Shown here in pieces: positions 1 to 9,383 of a DNA stretch of 64,000 bases. The notes below the pieces were generated by a model. That model worked only from the letters and a program-made list of their open reading frames with translations. It ran no database searches and had not been told where the DNA came from. Both the position numbers and the translations under genes were made by a program. Source of the stretch: an uncultured Gammaproteobacteria bacterium (GTDB taxonomy: Bacteria; Pseudomonadota; Gammaproteobacteria; JAURND01); assembly GCA_963714975.1 (NCBI GenBank), contig CAVQQD010000001.1, positions 1 to 64,000 on the forward strand, given 5' to 3'. Positions within the stretch are counted from its first letter, which is position 1. Each line of letters opens with the position of its first letter.

Positions 1-115
1 CGCGCGGTGATTTCACCGGACAACGCAAGAGTAAGGAGACAGGGCGATCGAAACGACCCTTGCCCCGGACCTGGCTATCCCGGAGGGGCCAGCGGGCCGT
101 CGTCGGCGTCTTGTC

Positions 116-1516
116 GTGCTGCTTATTTGCAGCTCAAGCTTGTTTGTCACCTACCTTGATTCGACGATCTTGACCGTCGCGCTGCCGACCTTGCAGAAAG
201 AGCTGCACGCGTCCATCGCCGGGCTGCAGTGGGTGTCCGACGCCTACCTGCTCGTCGTCGCGTCCCTGCTGATGCTGACCGGGTCGACCGCCGACCGCCT
301 CGGCAGGAAGCGGCTGTTCGTCATCGGCCTGGCCGGGTTCAGCCTCGGCTCGCTGCTGTGCTCACTCGCGCCGAACACCGGGTCGCTCGTCGCGCTGCGC
401 ATGCTCCAGGGCCTCGGCGGCTCCATGCTCACCCCGATCTCGCTCTCGATCGTGCGCAACACGTTTCATGACCAGAAGGAGCGAGCGCAGGCCCTTGGCA
501 TCTGGTCGGGGATCTTCGGCGTGGCCGCCGCCTGCGGGCCCGTGGTCGGCGGCGTCCTGGTGAGCTCCGTCGGCTGGCGGAGCATCTTCTGGGTGAACGT
601 CCCGATCGGCGCCGCGATGATCGCCGCGACGCTGCGCTACGTCCCGGAATCGAAGGCACCCAGGCCGCGCCGCGTGGACGTGCCCGGTCAGCTGCTGATG
701 ATCGCGTTCCTCGGCTCGCTGACCTACGCGGTCATCCAGGGGCCGGTCTCCGGGTGGGCGGCGCCACCGATCATCGCGCTGTTCGCCGTCGCCGCGGTGA
801 GCCTAGCGACCTTCGTGATCGTCGAGCGGCGCCACCCCGAGCCGCTACTCGAGCTGCGGTTCTTCCGCTCGCAGCCGTTCACCGGCGCCAGCGTGATCGC
901 CGTGCTCGCCTTCGTCGTCCTCGGCGGGTTCCTGTTCGTGATCACCCTGTACCTGCAGCAGGTGCGCGGCGACTCGCCGCTGCGCGCGGGACTGTCGATC
1001 CTGCCCGCCATGATCGTGATGGCGCTGGCCGCCCCGGTGGCGGGCCAGGTTACGGCCCGCCACGGCCCGCGCGTCCCGCTCGTCGCCAGCGGGTTGCTCA
1101 TCGCGGCGGGCATGGCCATGCTGCTCGGCCTCGGCCAGCAGACGTCCTCCGCCTGGGTTCTCACTGCCCTGGCGGTCACCGGCGCGGGCCTGGGACTGGT
1201 GAACCCGCCGATCACGAACACCGGCGTGTCCGGCATGCCCCCGGCGCAGGCCGGCGTCGCGTCCGCGGTCATCTCCGCGACCCGTCAGTTCGGCTCGGTC
1301 CTCGGCGTCGCCGTGCTGGGCGACCTGGTCACCACCGGCGTGAGCAGCGGCACGGCCCGCGGCGAGACGCACGCGGCCGCGCTCTCGGCGGCCACCCACG
1401 GCGCTTGGGCCGTGGCGCTCGCGTGCGGCATCGTCATCGCGCTGACCGGCTACCTCACCACGACCGCCCGCGCCCACGCCACCGCGGCGGCCGTCGCCGC
1501 CCTCGAGCCAAGATAA
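116..1516 (+). CDS. MFS transporter, DHA2 (EmrB/QacA-like) drug:H+ antiporter
   Basis: 466 aa with many hydrophobic segments; motifs LDSTILTVALPTL, WVSDAYLL, GSTADRLGRKR, WRSIFWVNVPIG. Confidence 0.92.
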   Translation: MLLICSSSLFVTYLDSTILTVALPTLQKELHASIAGLQWVSDAYLLVVASLLMLTGSTADRLGRKRLFVIGLAGFSLGSLLCSLAPNTGSLVALRMLQGLGGSMLTPISLSIVRNTFHDQKERAQALGIWSGIFGVAAACGPVVGGVLVSSVGWRSIFWVNVPIGAAMIAATLRYVPESKAPRPRRVDVPGQLLMIAFLGSLTYAVIQGPVSGWAAPPIIALFAVAAVSLATFVIVERRHPEPLLELRFFRSQPFTGASVIAVLAFVVLGGFLFVITLYLQQVRGDSPLRAGLSILPAMIVMALAAPVAGQVTARHGPRVPLVASGLLIAAGMAMLLGLGQQTSSAWVLTALAVTGAGLGLVNPPITNTGVSGMPPAQAGVASAVISATRQFGSVLGVAVLGDLVTTGVSSGTARGETHAAALSAATHGAWAVALACGIVIALTGYLTTTARAHATAAAVAALEPR

Positions 1517-2063
1517 CAGCAAGAAGCTCGTCGGCGGCCAGCCTGCGAGCTCGCCGAAACGGGGTTGCGAGGTTGCTCGCGTCAGGTGAATCTTGATCGC
1601 CCTGGCCTGCCAGTATCACAGCGGGCAACGGGGGGCGCATGCCAGCAGCGCGAAGTCGTGGTCGTAATCGTTGAGCCCGTTTTGCCCGCAAAACAAAATC
1701 GCAGGGCGGGCGCGGAGCCGTAAGAGATTACCGGACAGGATATCTAGTGGGAAAAATACCCTGAACCGCGTAAAGGCAGTTAAACGGAAGAACATTGGAG
1801 TTGCGGCCCTCAGTAGTCCGGGGGCGGATCCGTACTAGTGCCAGATGGCTCAAAGTAGCCCGCTCGGGCCTGACCGGGTTTATTGAGGTGGGGAGGTTAG
1901 CGCCTGTTTGGCGGTCAGGGTTGATTCGAACAAGGCTTCAGATTCATAATCCGCCGATCATCGTTCGACCTTGCCTAGCTGCTAGCGTCTATGACGGCGA
2001 ATTCCGAACCGCGCGCGACGTGAAAAATCGTCCCACTCCGCGATCGGCGTTAAAGGCGGGCAA

Positions 2064-2088
2064 GCCCCCGGTCCTGGCGGCCGGGGGC
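2064..2088 (-). terminator. GC-rich hairpin, probable terminator of the secreted-protein gene
   Basis: gcccccgg...ccgggggc inverted repeat about 45 bp downstream of the stop at 2132. Confidence 0.5.
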
Positions 2089-2131
2089 GATGCCGGGAGC
2101 GTCCGTCGTAGGAGAAGGCCTGGGTTTGGGA

Positions 2132-2611
2132 TCAGGCGTAGGGATTGGTGAAGACGCGGCTGTAGCCGGGAGTGGTACACCCGCCGGGAGTTTCGCAGGC
2201 CTGAGCCTCAATCTGCAGCGAGTACATGGTGGCGCGCGTGTTGTCCCAGGTCAACGAGGACCACGTTACAGTCGTGCCGCAGATGCCGTTCTCGTAGGGC
2301 GTGTACGTGGTACCGAGGCCGTCGGTGATCACTGCCCGCCAGCGGGGGCCACGGCCCTGGCACACGTCGTAATACAAGGTAACGTCCGTGAACTTGACCG
2401 TGTTAAAACTGGTCCAGTCGACACAGCCGGTGCTGTGAACGCTGGAAGCGGTGAAATTCCAGCAGCCGTCGTACGTTGTGGCGGGGGACACCGATGCTGA
2501 TGCCGATCCCGGCCAGGCAATCAACGACGCGGCGGCAAGCGTGGCCACGGCACCCAGCCACGCCGAGCGCTTTGCGGCCATGAGTCGGAGGAACGTTGAC
2601 TTGAAGATCAT
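2132..2611 (-). CDS. Secreted hypothetical protein (signal peptide, 6 Cys)
   Basis: Purine-rich RBS aaaggggg before ATG 2611; basic N-region, hydrophobic stretch, ASA cleavage motif; Thr/Trp/Cys-rich mature part. Confidence 0.75.
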   Translation of the reverse strand: MIFKSTFLRLMAAKRSAWLGAVATLAAASLIAWPGSASASVSPATTYDGCWNFTASSVHSTGCVDWTSFNTVKFTDVTLYYDVCQGRGPRWRAVITDGLGTTYTPYENGICGTTVTWSSLTWDNTRATMYSLQIEAQACETPGGCTTPGYSRVFTNPYA

Positions 2612-2959
2612 CTTGCCCCCTTTTGTCGATGAACGCAGCTTAATGAGCTTATATAGGCCCGTCAACGGTTCTCATCGATGTTTTCGGACAATTCCGAACC
2701 CGGCTGGTTATGTAATTCCTGTTTGAGTGGACATGCGGACATAACCGGAACTCATAAGTGGGCGTGTGCAACAAGTCTCGCTACGGTCCCTTTCGCCATC
2801 GCTTGCGTCATCGGTGCGTTTTCCGTATCGGTGCTTTTGTTCTGTGTCCTGCATAGGGCGAGACCGAAGCATTTGAAAATTGAAATGATATGAAATGATT
2901 CTCTGGCTACTGTTGCCTTGAACGTTTCACCAGGAGCGCAGTGCGGATGCGGTCAGTTC

Positions 2960-3241
2960 TCAGCTGACGTGTCGACTTCTCACGCGGGCTGTCGGTTGAT
3001 CGACGATCCCTGGCGCGGCTTCTGAGGCACCCGGCTGCGTAATGTGGCGAGGAAGGCGAACACTCGCTAGCGGCAGGGCGGCGTGCGGGCGGCCGTCGGC
3101 GCGAGCGGAGCTGACCACGGCGCAGGCGCGCCAGTCCAGGTAACGCGCCAGTTGTGCCCGGTCAGGCGGCGCTCCGGCGGGCAGGCCCTGACGGTCGCGG
3201 CGCCCGGCCGGAGGACCGGTCCTGGGCGGCGCCGGGCTCAC
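2960..3241 (-). pseudogene. Remnant resembling the N-terminus of a pyridoxamine 5'-phosphate oxidase-family protein
   Basis: YLDWRACAVVSSARADGRPHAA resembles the family 'vlat.r.dGrPh' motif; similarity is lost afterwards. Confidence 0.4.
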
Positions 3242-3261
3242 CGTCCACGGCTAGCCTTCGG

Positions 3262-4066
3262 CTAGCCTGCCAGCTCGCTGAGTAGGCGTGCTTCCTCGGC
3301 CGGGTCGAGGCCCTCCTTCTCCGGGCCGCCGCGGGCCAGGTCCCAGGCGAGGGTGTCGCGGATCGTCTCGGTGACGGCCCGGCAGTTCAGGCCCGCGCCG
3401 ACCGCGTGGGAGGAGTCGACGTCGTTGAACGCCTCGTAGCCGGGCTCGCCGACCCACAGCGGGATGCCCGTCCCCGGGTCGACGCCGGCGGCCACGAGCT
3501 GGTCGGTGGGAATCCAGGTCAGCTCGGCGTCGCTGTAGGTCGCCGTCCGGCACAGGTCAAGGAGGATCCCGAACGGGCGCGGGGCTCCCGTCAAGTTGTA
3601 CACGCCACCCCGGTCGCGGTGGATGCCGTCGAGCAGGAACGCCGCCAGGTCCCGCACGTCGATCACCTGGGTCAGGTCGCCGGCGTCGCCCGGCGCGAGC
3701 ACCCGGCCGCCGCGGGCGATCCTCCGGGGCCAGTAGGGGAACCGGTCGGTCGGGTCGTGCGGGCCGCTGATGAGCCCCGGGCGGCCGACAAGCGCCCGCT
3801 CGCCGTAGGCCTCCCTGATGATCGCCTCGCACAGTGCCTTGTTCGCGCCGTAGTTCTCGAGCGGGTCCGTGACGTCCGGCTTGAGCTCGGCGAGCGGCGC
3901 GTCCTCCTGCTGCGCCTCGGTCGTCGCCTGCGAGGCGTACACCGACACGGTCGAGACGAACACGTACCGCCCCACCCGGTCCTTGAGCGCCTCGGCCGAT
4001 ATCCGCGCCGTCGCCGGGTCGTAGCAGGCGACGTCGATGACCGCGTCGAACTCCCGCCGCCCAAGG
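3262..4066 (-). CDS. NAD-dependent epimerase/dehydratase (atypical SDR), N-terminus missing at junction
   Basis: FDAVIDV, YVFVSTVSVY, YGANKALCE (YxxxK), RPGLISGPHDPTDRF; Rossmann N-terminus replaced by unrelated sequence. Confidence 0.85.
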
Positions 4067-4068
4067 GT

Positions 4069-4500
4069 CGCAACCCGGAGATCGCGCTGTTCTTCGCTTC
4101 GCACCGCGCCGTTAAAAAAGACGGCGGGCGCTGGTCGTTTGAGCCGGTCGAGCGGGGCGGTCACCACGGCGTCGTCTACTGTTTTGTTTTCGAGTGGCCA
4201 TCCGTGACGGAAACGCAATACCTCATCCGCGATGTCGGTCTCTTTCGAAATCTCCAGCCGCTGCGTCCAATTCGCCAGCATTGCGGTCTGCCGGCCTTTC
4301 ACGTTCACGAGATCGCTGCCGCCGTGCGCGACCTCCACGCGGTTTTCTACCTTGACAAGGCATTCGATACTGTGGGTCTGCCGTCGGCTTCGTATTTGTT
4401 TCCCAACCGCAAAGAAGATCCCTTCTATGGCGCTCTCCTCGGCCTGCGGGATCTCGCGCCCGAGATTTGGGGGCAGATTGCCGAGTATGACGGGCTCTGA
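4069..4500 (+). CDS. FRG-domain-like protein, C-terminal part (5' end cut at junction)
   Basis: NPEIALFFAS resembles the FRG 'NP.VALFFA' motif; later RPIRQHCG. Confidence 0.55.
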   Translation, partial: RNPEIALFFASHRAVKKDGGRWSFEPVERGGHHGVVYCFVFEWPSVTETQYLIRDVGLFRNLQPLRPIRQHCGLPAFHVHEIAAAVRDLHAVFYLDKAFDTVGLPSASYLFPNRKEDPFYGALLGLRDLAPEIWGQIAEYDGL

Positions 4501-4775
4501 CGGGAACCACACGTAACGCCCAAACAAACAGGGTCCGCGCCAACGTCCTCCTGCAAGCTCGTCATCGCACGGATACATTGCACTGTAAAAAAACAGGCGA
4601 TCGTCGGAAACGCCGGGCTTGCTCCTCCTGGCACCAGGTCTAGGCATGATAGATCCGATCACCCCCACCCCCTTCACTCCGCCAAGCTCTACGATGCGGC
4701 GCGACCACATGGGCGACATTCAATTAACTCAAGCTGTATTGGGGCAAGACAAAGCCCGAGCGAGCTTGAATCGAT

Positions 4776-4995
4776 TTGGATTCCAGCCCTGACGGAGTTC
4801 TTTGAGGGCCTGCCGACGCGTCCACCATGTACACTGATCTTTTAACTGCTTGATTATAAAAGAGTTGGTAGCGCTAACGGGGATCGAACCCGGATTTTCC
4901 GCCTTTTAGTAGTTTCTTTAAGTTACTGAAATCGCAATCGCACGAACCGACCAGTTCGCAGGAATCTCAGGTCGCTTGTACAAAATCTATACACG
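4776..4995 (-). repeat. attP-like repeat copy A (tRNA 3'-half core at 4866-4905)
   Basis: Reverse strand reads tttgtacaa..ctgagattcctgcga..tttcagtaactta..aaggcggaaaatccgggttcgatccccgttagcgctacca..aatcaagcagtta..tgtaca..ggctggaatccaa, shared with copies B and C. Confidence 0.85.
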
Positions 4996-5276
4996 GGTTG
5001 CGCCGAGGTTCATTAGTGTTTGGCGCGGGGCTTCGGCGCTACGCAAAAGTGACCCGGTAGAGCTTGGTTGAAGTGACCCGCGCTGGGAACGGAACTGAGG
5101 ACACGATCGGGATCGGAGGGCATCATCCACGCCGAAGGCGTGTTGGGGCGGGCTGTGATCGTGGTTCGGTTACCCTGCGGTTAGGTGGGGAGGAGATGGC
5201 GATATCATCCACGCGCAGGCGTGCGGGTTGGTTTCCATCATCCGCGCCTGAGGCGCGGCGTGACGAGGGACAGGCT

Positions 5277-5609
5277 TTAACGCGGTGACCGGATCCGTGC
5301 GAGCTTGTTGCGGAGATATTCGAAGTAGTCCGGGCTGACGCGCAACTCCAGCACTTCCTCAACCACCGGCAGGAAGTAAGCCAGCGAGCGAATCGTGCTC
5401 AAAGGTGGCGCATCGGCCGGCCGAATCAGGCGGCGCGTCGCCGCCAGCACCAACGCGTTTTCAATCACCTGCAACGAAAGGCCGCGTTGATACAGTTGCG
5501 CCGCCAGCAGCCGGTCCGCACGGCGGACTGTTCCCATCGTGCCCGGCGTCATCCGATACGCGTCCAGCACTTGACGAACATATGCTTCCTGACTCAGGCC
5601 GTTGTCCAC
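5277..5609 (-). CDS. Conserved passenger protein downstream of istB (replication-protein C-domain-like)
   Basis: 110 aa, 10 bp after istB stop; aligns by eye with the C-terminal half of 19509-20197. Confidence 0.7.
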   Translation of the reverse strand: MDNGLSQEAYVRQVLDAYRMTPGTMGTVRRADRLLAAQLYQRGLSLQVIENALVLAATRRLIRPADAPPLSTIRSLAYFLPVVEEVLELRVSPDYFEYLRNKLARIRSPR

Positions 5610-5619
5610 CCCGTTGTCC

Positions 5620-6345
5620 TCAGCCTTGCAACTCGCGCAGCGACGGACCTTTGATGTGCACGGTGTGGCAGTAATGCCGCAGACGGCTCAGCAACGCTTC
5701 CACCATGGGCCGACTGCCCAGAAAGTTCGGCCATTCGTCATAGACCAAGTTCGTAGTGATGATGGTGGAATGCTGGCGGTAGCGCTCTTCCATCAGCTTG
5801 AAGAAAATGTTTGACTGCTCGGGTTTCAGATTCAGATAGCCCAGCTCGTCGATCAGAAGGCAGTCCAGGCGCGCCAGGCGTTTGAGCAGTTGCCGCGTTG
5901 AGCGGTCGGCCAGTGAGGCATACATCTCGTCGAACAGATCCTGGGCCTTGATGAATTGGCACCGGTAGCCGTTCTCCAGCGCCTTCAGCAACAGACCGCA
6001 AGCCAGTCCTGTCTTGCCCCTTCCGGTTTCACCAACCAACACGATATTTTCTGTCTTGGTGATGAACTCCAACTCCGCAAACTCGCGGATCTGCTTCCGG
6101 TTCACACCTGGCTGGCGGGCGAAGGGGAACGTTTCCAGCGTCCATCGCTCGGGCAAATTGGCGCGCCGGATGCGCCACTCGAGTGCGCCCTCCTGCTTGG
6201 CCTGCCACTGCGCACGCACCAGGCGCGTGACGAAATCCGAGTAGCTGATGTCGTCCGTATCGGCGGCGCGCAACTGTTCGTCGTAGATTTCCAGAATGCG
6301 TCGCAGCTTAAGATTCTTCAGCAGTTGTTCCAGTTCTTCAGTCAT
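5620..6345 (-). CDS. istB: IS21 helper AAA+ ATPase IstB
   Basis: Walker A GETGRGKT, Walker B LLIDELGY, IITTN, ALLSRLRH. Confidence 0.93.
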   Translation of the reverse strand: MTEELEQLLKNLKLRRILEIYDEQLRAADTDDISYSDFVTRLVRAQWQAKQEGALEWRIRRANLPERWTLETFPFARQPGVNRKQIREFAELEFITKTENIVLVGETGRGKTGLACGLLLKALENGYRCQFIKAQDLFDEMYASLADRSTRQLLKRLARLDCLLIDELGYLNLKPEQSNIFFKLMEERYRQHSTIITTNLVYDEWPNFLGSRPMVEALLSRLRHYCHTVHIKGPSLRELQG

Positions 6346-7741
6346 CTTCCTGTGGCTCCCTGTCGAGCAGAAAATATTCGCGGGTCACGCGCCGCAGGAT
6401 CATCCGTTCCAACCGATCCAGGTCATAGAGACCATAACGGGCGGCATCGCGCACCGCTCCCACCAGTGGTTCTCGCGGATACTCGCGCACGAACCGCAGC
6501 AGTTGCCGCAGGGCAAGCGTCACCACCTTGCGGCTGCGTTGCTTCAAGGCCGCCACATATTCGGCCAGTTCCGGTGCGGCGCTGAGGATAGCGTTCTCTT
6601 CCGGATGCGGATCGGGCCGCGGCGCCCGCTGGCCCCGCGGCGGCCGGTGCTCCGCCAGCATTACCCGCTGGTGCTCAGCTTCCGCGACGCGGCGATGCAC
6701 CACCAGACGCCGGGCATCCAGTTGAATCTCGATCTTGTCCTTGGTCTCGCGCACTTCCACCCGCCGGCCGATCCAATCCACCGGTACCGAGTAGCGGTTG
6801 GTGTGCAGCACCACATACCCTTCGATATCCACCAGGCGCTGATGCAGCCGGTAGACTTCCGGAATCCACGCCGGCAGCGGCTTCAGATGCAGTCGCTCCA
6901 TGGCGAATAACTCGCGCGGCACTGCGCGGAGGTGTTTCTTGTAAGTCGCGTTGACCTTATCGCACCACTCTCGCGCTTGTCGGTTCAGATCCTCCCAACT
7001 GGCGAAGGTGCGCCCGGCGAAGAAGTTGTGTTCTACGAAATGAAAGGGCCGTTCTACGCGCCCCGAACGATTGGCATTACCAATAGCGTGCGCCACCCAC
7101 TCGAAGCCGAAGCGCTCGCCAAAAGCCGCCATCTCCGGCACTGGCACCATCTCGCGTCCGCTGCCGCGCAGCACCACCACATGCGTGTTATCGATCATCA
7201 CGCGGCGAGTGACACCGCCTATGTAGCGCAACGCGTCGGTGAGAAACACCTTGCAGTCGAAGCGCTGGAACGTCGGATAACACTGGAAAAACAGTATCCG
7301 CGAGTAACACAGCACGGCCGAGGCGGTCTGTACCTTGCGTTTCCTTCCAGCCAGTTCCACCTCGTGCGGAGAGGTATCATGCTGGAGTTCCTCACCCGGC
7401 GCAAAATCATACTGTCCCGCCACTACCGGGGGCTGGTATCCGATCCCGTGCCGCCGGCAGAAGGCTGTCAACGCGGCATACGACAACTCCACGCCGCCCG
7501 CCTGCAACTCCTCATGGACTCGCACGAGATTCCCCTTGCACTGGTCGAAAAGCTCCAGGATCTGTTGGCGGTACGGCTCGGCTTTCTCCGGCCGCCGCAG
7601 TTCCGGAACGGTCGTGGAATTCGAGCGCAGAACTTTCCGCACGGCCACGCGGGAGACCCCCAGCACTCGTGCAATCTCGCGTTTGGCCACTCCCTGCCTG
7701 TGCCGTTCCAGAATCGCGGTCCGTTGTGCTTGGCTCAACAT
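6338..7741 (-). CDS. istA: IS21-family DDE transposase IstA
   Basis: N-terminal HTH, PGEELQHD, IDNT, SGRVERPF, NRYSVP; overlaps istB start. Confidence 0.92.
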   Translation of the reverse strand: MLSQAQRTAILERHRQGVAKREIARVLGVSRVAVRKVLRSNSTTVPELRRPEKAEPYRQQILELFDQCKGNLVRVHEELQAGGVELSYAALTAFCRRHGIGYQPPVVAGQYDFAPGEELQHDTSPHEVELAGRKRKVQTASAVLCYSRILFFQCYPTFQRFDCKVFLTDALRYIGGVTRRVMIDNTHVVVLRGSGREMVPVPEMAAFGERFGFEWVAHAIGNANRSGRVERPFHFVEHNFFAGRTFASWEDLNRQAREWCDKVNATYKKHLRAVPRELFAMERLHLKPLPAWIPEVYRLHQRLVDIEGYVVLHTNRYSVPVDWIGRRVEVRETKDKIEIQLDARRLVVHRRVAEAEHQRVMLAEHRPPRGQRAPRPDPHPEENAILSAAPELAEYVAALKQRSRKVVTLALRQLLRFVREYPREPLVGAVRDAARYGLYDLDRLERMILRRVTREYFLLDREPQEDD

Positions 7742-8618
7742 GGGGTGTTTGCTCCGATGGAAGGTTTTCGCCGATGCGGCGGAGTTGTGTTTGTAGGTGC
7801 TCGATCTGATGCCGTGCGGCCTGGCATTGCCGGTGATCCAGTGCCAGCACCGCGGCACCGGCCAACTGCCGTTGCGCGCGATTCACGATGGCCGCGGCCA
7901 TATCCAGATGACGCAACAGTTCAGCCCCAGCCGCAGACGGGGCTTTCATCTGCGCCTGCCGCTGCGCCTTGAAGAACAGCTCAGGATCATCCAGAATGCG
8001 TTTGCGGATGGCGGGCGAGCCTTGGCGCCAGGCGGCGTAAAGTTGGCTGGCTTCCCGCGTATCGCAGTGGTGCTCGGCAAAGATAGCCGCCATCCGCTGG
8101 CAGTCCTCGAGGCTTTGCCGCGCTGTCGGCACCAGAAACCTCATGGCCACCTGCGCCGCGACTCGCCCCTCGCGCACCTGCTGTTGGATCGTTTCCGGCA
8201 GAACCTCCACCAGCGCCAGCCTCCGCGACACCCAGCTCACGCTGCGGTCGAAGCGCCGGGCTAACTCCTCCAATCCATAACCGAAGCGCTTCTCCAACTC
8301 CGCCAACAGCCAACCCATTTCCAACGCCGTCTCGTGTTCGGACATGCGCAACGAGTGGTCCAGCAGCACGGCCGCAGCCTCACTCATCGGCCACACCACT
8401 GCCTCTACGGTGTCCCGGCCTAACTGCTCCAGCGCCGCGATCCGCTTATAGCCGTCGATGACCACGTAATGCTCGGCCTGGCTTTCGGTGGCTACCACCA
8501 CAATGGGGGTTTGCTGTCCGGCCTCCGCCAGCGACGCCAACAAGCGCCGTTGCCGCGCTGGATGGCGCACCCGCAAGTGCTCCCAGCGCCGGTCGAGCTG
8601 ATGAAACTCCAGTTGCAT
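7512..8618 (-). CDS. ParB/Spo0J N-terminal-domain protein with HTH
   Basis: SLAEAGQQTPIVV, VIDGYKRIAAL, HTH LEELARRFDRSVSWVSRRL; tail overlaps istA by about 230 nt. Confidence 0.85.
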   Translation of the reverse strand: MQLEFHQLDRRWEHLRVRHPARQRRLLASLAEAGQQTPIVVVATESQAEHYVVIDGYKRIAALEQLGRDTVEAVVWPMSEAAAVLLDHSLRMSEHETALEMGWLLAELEKRFGYGLEELARRFDRSVSWVSRRLALVEVLPETIQQQVREGRVAAQVAMRFLVPTARQSLEDCQRMAAIFAEHHCDTREASQLYAAWRQGSPAIRKRILDDPELFFKAQRQAQMKAPSAAGAELLRHLDMAAAIVNRAQRQLAGAAVLALDHRQCQAARHQIEHLQTQLRRIGENLPSEQTPHVEPSTTDRDSGTAQAGSGQTRDCTSAGGLPRGRAESSALEFHDRSGTAAAGESRAVPPTDPGAFRPVQGESRASP

Positions 8619-8668
8619 CGACAGGCTGAATGTACGGTGACTTCTCGGTGGCAATCAATATGTCCGGA

Positions 8669-9161
8669 TTAAATGCGCGCCTGTTTCCAGCGCCGTTCGC
8701 GCTCCTGAACGCGTTCCAGCGCTCGCCGGCACGCTGCGCAACAGAAGCGCTGCAAGGGGCTTCGCCGCTGCTCTGCAAAGCTCTCATAGCACCCCGGCCG
8801 GTCGCACGTCTGGGCGAAAAAAATGTTCCTCAGTGATTACCCTCGCTGGCTCGCTAACTGCCTCTGGCTCTGCCGGTTTCCGGCTCTTGACCTGCTCCCG
8901 GTAGCGCCGGCTTTGCCCCTTGCGTTTCTCTCGGCCCGCCGTCGTTTCCCGGTATCGTTGCTGCGACTTCCACCGCGACCACCTCCGCGCCTGTTCCCGA
9001 CACTCGTCGCTGCAGTACCGCTGCCGCGCTCGCCGCGGATGAAACTTCTGTTCGCACCCTTTCAGCAGACACGTGCGTCGCCGCGGCCGCCGTGTCCGGC
9101 GTTTGGGTCGGCGCGCCACTTGATTTTGGCGATGACGTGTAGGACTCTCGGAAGGGCCCAT
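8669..9161 (-). CDS. Basic tandem Zn-finger-like protein, frameshifted at a T7 run
   Basis: CLLKGC..YCSDEC; after the shift at 8817-8823, CDRPGC..FCCAAC; stop at 8669. Confidence 0.6.
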
Positions 9162-9383
9162 GGGAGGTGATGACTCCCTGAAGCCCATGCCCTGGAGAGG
9201 GACTCTCTCCTCTCCGGGGCGCAGACCTCCGGCTCACAGCAAAACCAACACTCTAACGGAAAACGATGATTGCTGCTGCGGAAGGCCCCGTTCCTCTCAG
9301 GCGGTCAGGCGTCAGCGCTCACTACAGACTGTCTGGGTCACTCTTGGAAAGCACAGGTGGTCACTTCTCGAAAGCGCCGAAGC

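Larger units (their letters stand above)
5030..9383 (-). mobile_element. IS21-related five-gene transposon (Zn-finger, ParB-like, IstA, IstB, small passenger) inserted in hipA
   Basis: Terminal inverted repeats gcttcggcgct-N6-aagtgacc with a second agtgacc repeat at each end; flanks rejoin into a HipA-like frame. Confidence 0.8.

Noticed and set aside
229-1596. Long alternative-frame ORFs over the MFS gene (and similar ones over other GC-rich genes)
   Set aside because: Arg/Pro/Gly-rich shadow ORFs expected from high-GC codon bias
3262-4719. 485-aa ORF as a novel fusion epimerase
   Set aside because: The part above about 4066 is the antisense of the FRG-like gene across a junction
9160-9383. 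Extended N-terminus of HipA
   Set aside because: It is read-through from the transposon end sequence
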